From positions 24,479 through 88,478 of the forward strand of contig JAUMWY010000001.1 of NCBI GenBank assembly GCA_030529385.1: a stretch of 64,000 nucleotides of DNA, read 5' to 3'. Of this stretch, positions 57,513 to 64,000 are shown piece after piece (the first letter of the stretch is position 1; each line of letters opens with the position of its first letter). The notes under the pieces are model-generated. The model worked only from the letters and a program-made list of their open reading frames with translations. It had not been told where the DNA came from and did not search any database. This DNA is from Candidatus Saccharimonadota bacterium (GTDB lineage: Bacteria; Patescibacteriota; Saccharimonadia; Saccharimonadales; Saccharimonadaceae). The translations under genes and the position numbers were made by a program.

Positions 57513-58666
57513 CGCCGCCGCTCCTGTTCCAGACGAACCGCCTCAGTGATCATCGCCGCCGCCCGCTCAATCTGTGCTTCATCATTCAATCGCCCCAGCG
57601 TCAACCGCAAACTGCCGTCAATCGCTGCTGCATCTAGTCCAATTGCCGCCAACACCGCCGACCTCGTCCCAGCATTGGCCGCACAGGCACTACCCGTCGC
57701 CACCATCACACCGCGCGCCTCCAGCCAAAACACCAACCGCTCGGCATCCACGCCCGGAAACGCAATATTCAGAAAACTCACCAGCGATTTTTTACTATCA
57801 GACGATATAATCATCTCCGGCAGCGCCTCAGTTAACATCGCCGCCAGCCGATCACGCAGGTGCTTCAGCCGCTTTACTTCACTGCCGCGCCGCTTGGCTG
57901 CCAACTCCAGCGCCGTCGCAAAACCAATCACGCCAGCCACATTTTCCGTGCCACTGCGCAAACCGCCCTCCTGACCGCCGCCAACCACCGTCGCCGACAA
58001 GTGCACGCCCGGCCGCACCCATAACAAGCCCACCTGCTTTGGCCCATACACCTTAGCCGCGCTCAGTGTTAACAAATCCACGCCCAACCGCTTTACCTTG
58101 ACGTCCAATAGCAATGCCGCCTGCGAGGCGTCGGTATGGAATATCAGCGGCGTCGTTTCGCCAGCCAGACGTCGCCGCTCGCGCTCCGCCTCAACCACTC
58201 GCGCAATCTCTTCAATCGGCTGAATATAGCCCAGTTCGTGATTGACCAGCGCAATCGACACAAAAATCACCTCTGGCGTCAGCGCCGCCCGCACCGCTTC
58301 TGGCGTAATGCGGCCTTTGGCGGTTGGCTGAATAATCACCGGCGACGTGTATCGCCCCGCGGCTGCCAACACCGAAGCATGCTCAATCGCCGCCACCACA
58401 CACCGCCCCTGACCGGCAGCCTGAAATGCTAAATTAACCGACTCAGTCGCCCCAGCGGTCATCACTAATTCATCGGCGCCCACGCCCAACACCCGCGCAA
58501 TCCGCGCCTTGGCCTGGCGATAATCGCGCTTCACCTGCACGCCGGCTGCATAAGGACTGGATGGATTAAAAAACTGCTCCGAAAAATACGGCATCATCGC
58601 CGTAAGCACCACTGGATCCATCGGCGTGGCCGCTGCATGATCAAGATAGATTAGCTCGTCATTCAC
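57509..58666 (-). CDS. iscS: Cysteine desulfurase (IscS/NifS family)
   Basis: YLDHAAATP, HTDASQA, SAAKVYGPK, LRSGTENV, TGSAC. Confidence 0.9.
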   Translation of the reverse strand: MNDELIYLDHAAATPMDPVVLTAMMPYFSEQFFNPSSPYAAGVQVKRDYRQAKARIARVLGVGADELVMTAGATESVNLAFQAAGQGRCVVAAIEHASVLAAAGRYTSPVIIQPTAKGRITPEAVRAALTPEVIFVSIALVNHELGYIQPIEEIARVVEAERERRRLAGETTPLIFHTDASQAALLLDVKVKRLGVDLLTLSAAKVYGPKQVGLLWVRPGVHLSATVVGGGQEGGLRSGTENVAGVIGFATALELAAKRRGSEVKRLKHLRDRLAAMLTEALPEMIISSDSKKSLVSFLNIAFPGVDAERLVFWLEARGVMVATGSACAANAGTRSAVLAAIGLDAAAIDGSLRLTLGRLNDEAQIERAAAMITEAVRLEQERRR

Positions 58667-58700
58667 TTCTTTATTATACCATTAGCCCCGGATGGCGCAC

Positions 58701-59135
58701 CTAGCCATCGCGCCGGCCTGTCTGCGGATCGCGCCCGTAGACTTGACGAGCTACCCGCTCATAATATTCCTTGACCGCCAGCACAAAATTCTGTAATTCC
58801 GCGCCCTCCAGGTAACTATACTGATAGTTTGGCTGAATCTTCAAAATACCGCGCTCCTGCACTTCATAACGCGTCGTCAATTCCTCAGTCCGACCATCAG
58901 GATACGTCACCTCTTCATGCCAAATCCAGGTATCCTCATCCAGATTAAAAAACTCACGACGCGTTACGTGATGCGGCACATCACCAAAAATCGTCGCCCC
59001 AATTTGACTTTCTAATTGAATCAGTTCTCGTTCCGTCAATTGCCTTAGTGGACGGTCTTTGCGGCGTAACTTCAACAGCGGCGTCGCATCGTCAGCAAAC
59101 ACCAACTGCCGGGCTTTTTTCAGAATCCCCGCCAC
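58701..59135 (-). CDS. Hypothetical protein
   Basis: 144-aa ORF within a tightly packed operon (ES.IG..IFG, REFFNLD..TWIWHE). Confidence 0.75.
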   Translation of the reverse strand: MAGILKKARQLVFADDATPLLKLRRKDRPLRQLTERELIQLESQIGATIFGDVPHHVTRREFFNLDEDTWIWHEEVTYPDGRTEELTTRYEVQERGILKIQPNYQYSYLEGAELQNFVLAVKEYYERVARQVYGRDPQTGRRDG

Positions 59136-59141
59136 AGTGCA

Positions 59142-59441
59142 CTACCTCCGGCCTGCCAGTGTCTGACGATATTCCTTACGGAACGCAGCCAATAACACCG
59201 CTGCTTGCTTGACGTATGCGGCCGCTTCATTATTTGGCTGTTTTTCAGCCATTGACTTTACAGTCGCCTTCCCATGCATATCCATCAACTGCGCCGCCGC
59301 ACTGCCAACCCGAGTATCACGGACATGAGTGTCTATTGCTTCAGGCTGACTGCTCGGGGCCTTTTCCGGCGCATACGCAGCAAAAGCGTCTTGCAACGCC
59401 TTGGAAATCACCTCTGGGTTTTTCGCATATTGCTCCGGCAT
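59142..59441 (-). CDS. Hypothetical protein
   Basis: 99-aa ORF with GGAG RBS filling the operon gap. Confidence 0.6.
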   Translation of the reverse strand: MPEQYAKNPEVISKALQDAFAAYAPEKAPSSQPEAIDTHVRDTRVGSAAAQLMDMHGKATVKSMAEKQPNNEAAAYVKQAAVLLAAFRKEYRQTLAGRR

Positions 59442-59452
59442 AATAACTCCAC

Positions 59453-60217
59453 TTATATACCAAATAATCGTCGGGTATTGTCAAGTGTGGTCTGGCCGAT
59501 CTGCTCCAATGGCACGCCTCGCTCGCGCGCCCAGTACTCAGCAACCAGCCTCACATACCCTGGCTCATTCATCTTACCACGAAATGGCCTTGGTGTCAAG
59601 AAGGGTGCGTCCGTCTCCAGCAGTAGTCGCTCTAGTGGCACCGCTGCATACAATGCCTGTTGGGCCGGATCACGGGTAAAAGTGCTAATACCATTCAAAC
59701 CAACATAGAGGCCACGCTCAAATCCCTTATCCAAATTAGCCTGCGTATCAGTAAAACTGTGCAGCACGCCGCGCACGCCGCGGAAATTGTCGAGAACTGG
59801 CCAAAAATCATCAAAGGCATCGCGCACATGAAAACTAATTGGCAGATTATAATCAAGCGCTAACTGCATTTGCGCCTCTAGCGCCTGTATTTGTACCTCG
59901 CGCGGGCTGTTGTTGTAATGGTAATCCAGGCCAATTTCACCCACCGCCACAATCTTTGGGCTGCCAGTTTTCAGCAGCGACTCAATCCGCGACCAACCAC
60001 CCTTGGCATCATGCGGATGCACGCCAACCGCCGCCCACGCGTGCACATGCGCCTCAGCAAAGGCCACCGCCTCAGCCGAACTGCGCTCATCAGTACCGAC
60101 CACAATCATACTAATGCTCTGCTCAATCGCCCGTTGGTAGATCTCCTCACGCCCCTCGGGGTAAAATTCGCTATCATGCAGATGACAATGACTATCAATC
60201 AGTTGCAACGCGGTCAT
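59453..60217 (-). CDS. tatD: TatD family hydrolase
   Basis: IDSHCHL, GVHPH, VGEIGLDY, HSFT, LLETDAPFL. Confidence 0.95.
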   Translation of the reverse strand: MTALQLIDSHCHLHDSEFYPEGREEIYQRAIEQSISMIVVGTDERSSAEAVAFAEAHVHAWAAVGVHPHDAKGGWSRIESLLKTGSPKIVAVGEIGLDYHYNNSPREVQIQALEAQMQLALDYNLPISFHVRDAFDDFWPVLDNFRGVRGVLHSFTDTQANLDKGFERGLYVGLNGISTFTRDPAQQALYAAVPLERLLLETDAPFLTPRPFRGKMNEPGYVRLVAEYWARERGVPLEQIGQTTLDNTRRLFGI

Positions 60218-60219
60218 GA

Positions 60220-61728
60220 TTAGGCTCCAGGCGTTGGTTGCGGTGCGCGAGGGTCGGGCGTATGTAGATAAAGCCGCGGGAATAGTGGCTGAATATCAGC
60301 CGGGATCACACCACTAGCAAATAAACGCTGAATCTCCGCCGCCGTGCCTGGCAAGAATGGCGCCAGCATATCCGCCACCTGCAAGAGTGTACCGCAGGAT
60401 TTGGCTAAAATCTCACCAAGGTGCGCCTCGGCCTCTGGGTCAGTGGCGCGATTTTTAGCAACTTGCCATGGCTTGACACGCTCGATATACTGATTCAATG
60501 AGCGGACAATCGTCCAAATCTCATCCAGCGCCTTATCAAATTCCAGCGCCTCCATATCCTGTCGATACGGCCCCATGTCATGCTCGGCTTGTGGCGCATC
60601 ACCAATGACACCCGCTTGATAGCTCTGCACCATTTTCGCCACCCGCTGCACTAGATTGCCCAGGTCATTGCCTAGCTCGCCGTTATAGGCCGCCTCAAAC
60701 TTCTCCCAGGTGAAATCGCCGTCATCTTGCGTCGGCACGTGGCGCAGGAAATAATAGCGAAAAGCATCGGCGCCGTAATGTGGCACAATATCCGCCGGAC
60801 CAACGCCATTGCCGAGGCTTTTTGACATCTTCATGCCGCCGACATTGACAAACCCGTGCACCAATAGCACCTTTGGCAGCGGCACATCCAGCGCCAACAA
60901 CATCGCTGGCCATATCCCGGCATGAAACCTGAGAATATCCTTGCCAATCACTTGAATATTGGCTGGCCAATAACTCTGCCACTCCTCCTGACGGTCAGGA
61001 TAACCGATCACCGTCAGATAATTACTCAGCGCGTCCAGCCAGACATACATCACCTGCGTGTCATCGCCCGGCACTGGCACACCCCACGACAGGTTCTTGC
61101 GCGGCCGCGACACCGATACATCCTGCAGGCCGTCCTTAATCAGTTCCAGAAACTCTTTTTTGCGGAACTCTGGCACGATTTTCAGTTTATTTGACTCAAT
61201 AGCCTGACGAATTTGCCTTGAGAAGGCGCTGGCTTTGAAATAATAATTTTCTTCACTGAGGCGCTGATAGGGCGCTTGGTGGTCCTGACAGATGCCGTTG
61301 TTTTCCGCAGCTTCTTTATCGGTGACGAAATTTTCACAGCCCTGACAGTACCAGCCTTCGTAACTGCCCTTATAGATATAGCCGGCTGCGGCCAGTTTTT
61401 GCCAAATATATTGCACGGCTGCTTTGTGGTGCATATCGGTGGTGCGGATAAAATCAGTTGCCGAAATATTGAGATCGGCGATCAGCTGCTTGAAATTGAC
61501 ATGGGTTTGGTCAACATAGGCCTGCGGTGTCAGATTATTATCGGCCGCTTTGGCCGCAATCTTATTGCCATGCTCATCCACGCCGGCTTGAAATCGCACC
61601 TCCTTGCCCTGCTGGCGCATATAGCGCGCCCACACATCAGCCAGCATATAGTCCAGCGCGTGGCCGATATGCGGCAATCCGTTGACATAGGGAATAGCGG
61701 TCGTGATGTAGGCATATTGTTTGGTCAT
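60220..61728 (-). CDS. metG: Methionine--tRNA ligase (short form)
   Basis: YVNGLPHIGH, YVWLDAL.NY, GKDILRFH, KMSKS. Confidence 0.97.
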   Translation of the reverse strand: MTKQYAYITTAIPYVNGLPHIGHALDYMLADVWARYMRQQGKEVRFQAGVDEHGNKIAAKAADNNLTPQAYVDQTHVNFKQLIADLNISATDFIRTTDMHHKAAVQYIWQKLAAAGYIYKGSYEGWYCQGCENFVTDKEAAENNGICQDHQAPYQRLSEENYYFKASAFSRQIRQAIESNKLKIVPEFRKKEFLELIKDGLQDVSVSRPRKNLSWGVPVPGDDTQVMYVWLDALSNYLTVIGYPDRQEEWQSYWPANIQVIGKDILRFHAGIWPAMLLALDVPLPKVLLVHGFVNVGGMKMSKSLGNGVGPADIVPHYGADAFRYYFLRHVPTQDDGDFTWEKFEAAYNGELGNDLGNLVQRVAKMVQSYQAGVIGDAPQAEHDMGPYRQDMEALEFDKALDEIWTIVRSLNQYIERVKPWQVAKNRATDPEAEAHLGEILAKSCGTLLQVADMLAPFLPGTAAEIQRLFASGVIPADIQPLFPRLYLHTPDPRAPQPTPGA

Positions 61729-61803
61729 ATGTGCTATTATAGCAGATCGTGTGCTGGAATAATTACCCTATAGTCTCAACTCGAACAATGCAATGTTAGT
61801 GCA

Positions 61804-62604
61804 TCATCGCCCGCGCCATTCCCGCATCAACCGCTGCCAATCGTCAATACTGAGGTCTTCGGCGCGCCGTTCGGGGTTAATGCCGGCCTGGTGTAATAGC
61901 GTCTCGGCATCCGGTTTATTAAGAGCTAGTCCAGCAGCAATTGCACTGCGCAGTTTTTTGCGCTTGGCCGCAAAACCAGCCTTGACCACCCGGAAAAAAT
62001 CCTTTTCGTCCTCAGGCTGCACCAGTGATTCAGGGCGCGTCCGCAGCACCACCACCTGCGAATCAACCTTTGGCGGCGGCGTGAAAAACTCGCGCGGCAC
62101 TGCAATATCTAGTTCCGCCTCGGCGTACACCTGCGTGGCCACCGCTAAAATACTCATTTCGCCGGGACCAGCCGCAATGCGCTCGGCGACTTCTTTTTGC
62201 ACCAGTAGCACCGCCAGGCTTGGCTTATTGGCCGCTGTCATCAGCTTCTCAACGATTTTACTGGTGATATAATACGGCACATTGGCCACCACTTTATAAC
62301 CCGTCGGCAGGGCGCTAAGATCAAACTGCAAAATATCCTGATTCACCACCGTCAGCTTTTTGCCCGGAAATTGCCCCGGCAACTTGCGCGCCAAATCCCC
62401 GTCAAACTCCACCGCCGTCACCTGCCCAGCTCGCGCCAACAGACGACTAGTCAGGGTCCCTAGGCCGGGCCCAATTTCCAGCACCGTATCACTCTGGGTC
62501 AACTCCGCCGCCTCGGCAATCTCCGCCAGAATCTCCGGGTCCTTCAACCAATGCTGCCCTAACTCCTTTTTTGGTCCCTTTTTCACACTACGTTGCTGCG
62601 CCAT
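61804..62604 (-). CDS. rsmA: 16S rRNA m6,2A dimethyltransferase
   Basis: KELGQHWL, LEIGPGLG, ANVPYYITS, QKEVAERI, F.PPPKVDS. Confidence 0.95.
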   Translation of the reverse strand: MAQQRSVKKGPKKELGQHWLKDPEILAEIAEAAELTQSDTVLEIGPGLGTLTSRLLARAGQVTAVEFDGDLARKLPGQFPGKKLTVVNQDILQFDLSALPTGYKVVANVPYYITSKIVEKLMTAANKPSLAVLLVQKEVAERIAAGPGEMSILAVATQVYAEAELDIAVPREFFTPPPKVDSQVVVLRTRPESLVQPEDEKDFFRVVKAGFAAKRKKLRSAIAAGLALNKPDAETLLHQAGINPERRAEDLSIDDWQRLMREWRGR

Positions 62605-63620
62605 TATCGCCCATCTCCATTCGTCCAATCAGTTGCTAAATCAAAGCCATGCGGATGTCGCGCCGCAAACCCGCCAGTATCATACACCTTGCCCGGTCCC
62701 ATGCTGGTTTCCACCACCGAACAGCGTGGATAATTACCGAGGTGAGCCGCCACAATCACAAAGCCGTCTTTATCAATCTTGGCACCATCCGCCCGCACCG
62801 AATACCGACCACCAGCGCCACATGCCCCCATCACCACATTCATCGGCAAGTCATAATACGTTTCACGATGCGCCACACCGCGTGAATCGGTGAAGATGTG
62901 AGCACCGCGCGATTTAGTCAGCGGGTTTGTCGGCTTAGCACCAATCACTTCCTGCTGCGGCGTTGGCTGCACCAGTACTCGTTCATGCAGCGCCTGCCGG
63001 TCAACTTCCGCGCCGCGCCGCAACTGCACTTTATAAGTGACTAGCTTTTTACCCGGCACGCCCGGCGTCGTGATAGTTTTTTGCCCCAGTGGCTTGGCCG
63101 CATCACGCGTCGCCTCAACTGGAAAATCCACCGCCTCTTCTCGCTCCACCACCGCCTCGGTTGCGCGCTGGATTGTCATCACCTCTCGCCCACCATCCAG
63201 CGCTACCGCCAGCGACGAGGAAATTTGTGCCGTGTCAGCCGCATGGAGTGTAAGGCCTGCTGCCCGCGCAATTGCCGTCGGAGACTGCTCGGCGGTGGTT
63301 ATCTGCACGCGCCACTCATCGTCCACTACCGTCACCGGCCGCGCCCGATAAATATTGATGTGGTATGATGAGGCTTCTAGTTTTGTTGCCAAAGAGGGTT
63401 CAGTACGGTCAAGTGCTGGATCAACGCTTAGCCCAGCAGCCGCGAGCGCCTGCTCAACTGTTGTCGCTGTTGTGATGATAGTTCGCTCCTGCCCGCGGTC
63501 ATACAGTGTCACCACGCGCTGCTGCGTTGTTTGGCCAGCGCTTGCTCGCGCGACAACTGGCGTGATTATACTAGTAGCCACCATCACGCCACCTACTACC
63601 GCCGCCACTATCCGTTTCAT
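62604..63620 (-). CDS. Secreted DUF348/G5-domain (YabE/RpfB-like) protein with a 3D-like C-terminal domain
   Basis: Signal peptide, TTATTVEQAL and IYRARPV ubiquitin-like repeats, G5 (GVPG.K.V.Y), C-terminal VETSMGPGKVYDTGG. Confidence 0.75.
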   Translation of the reverse strand: MKRIVAAVVGGVMVATSIITPVVARASAGQTTQQRVVTLYDRGQERTIITTATTVEQALAAAGLSVDPALDRTEPSLATKLEASSYHINIYRARPVTVVDDEWRVQITTAEQSPTAIARAAGLTLHAADTAQISSSLAVALDGGREVMTIQRATEAVVEREEAVDFPVEATRDAAKPLGQKTITTPGVPGKKLVTYKVQLRRGAEVDRQALHERVLVQPTPQQEVIGAKPTNPLTKSRGAHIFTDSRGVAHRETYYDLPMNVVMGACGAGGRYSVRADGAKIDKDGFVIVAAHLGNYPRCSVVETSMGPGKVYDTGGFAARHPHGFDLATDWTNGDGR

Positions 63621-63656
63621 ATGGCCTTCAGTATACCATATTTCAGGGGTCAGCAG

Positions 63657-64000
63657 CTAGTACCAACGATTGCGCTGCCAAAATTTATGCGCACATTCCC
63701 AGCCACGACTAGCGTCCTGGCACATGTCACTATTACGAAGATATGGACTACCGTGATAATACCGGCCATTTACATACCCATGTGCCCACCTTAAGGAATT
63801 AACTGGATCGTAACCGCCGCCCGGCACTTTACCGCATGGCAGCGCTTGAGCCAATCCGCATGCGCCGCTCGTAGCATTTGTGGCATTCGGGTTCCAGCCC
63901 GACTCTTTCTGGATAATACTATCAACATATCCCCACTGATCACGCGGAATACCCGAAGCCGCCAGCCACTGGTCCTTATTGCCACCGCCAGTATATCGCG
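63657..64000 (-). CDS. C-terminal fragment of a lytic transglycosylase-like (aggregation-promoting-factor type) protein
   Basis: Reads WLAASGI...IIQKESGWNPNATN.TSGACGLAQALP...YV.GRY...FWQRNRWY; runs off the window end. Confidence 0.75.
   Translation of the reverse strand, partial: RYTGGGNKDQWLAASGIPRDQWGYVDSIIQKESGWNPNATNATSGACGLAQALPCGKVPGGGYDPVNSLRWAHGYVNGRYYHGSPYLRNSDMCQDASRGWECAHKFWQRNRWY

Overview
Chromosomal window from a small-genome bacterium, most likely Saccharibacteria (TM7, Patescibacteria/CPR). This is inferred from gene content (orphan type IV pilin, ftsA-like/baseplate-J-like/ruvX/mltG cluster, short AlaRS, RNase HII-YraN fusion, G5-domain proteins) and many apparently leaderless genes. 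Most of the window is housekeeping: leuS start, Mur ligase, ligA, htpX, lemA, 3 tRNAs, secG, uvrC, msrAB, rnhB, pepN, uvrA, sbcB, obgE, mltG, ruvX, alaS, rpsP, mnmA, iscS, tatD, metG, rsmA. Main points of interest: (1) an NAD salvage cluster (nadE, nrtR, pncA, pncB) with four TAGTGT-N7-ACAC(T/A) operators and two unusual fusions, a NadM-like domain + SAM methyltransferase and an APH-like kinase + NUDT9-like Nudix; (2) an 81-bp palindromic repeat found once intergenically and once inside an in-frame insertion in mnmA; (3) a LysM-CHAP hydrolase with a ~190-nt structured leader and a probable ATT start; (4) two more leaders with alternative pairings; (5) a membrane-anchored SGNH hydrolase followed by two paralogous small membrane proteins, near an internalin-like LRR surface protein; (6) loss of metal-binding cysteines in LigA and UvrC. 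No CRISPR array, rRNA, integrase or transposase was seen. All family calls come from reading motifs by eye; no database searches were run.
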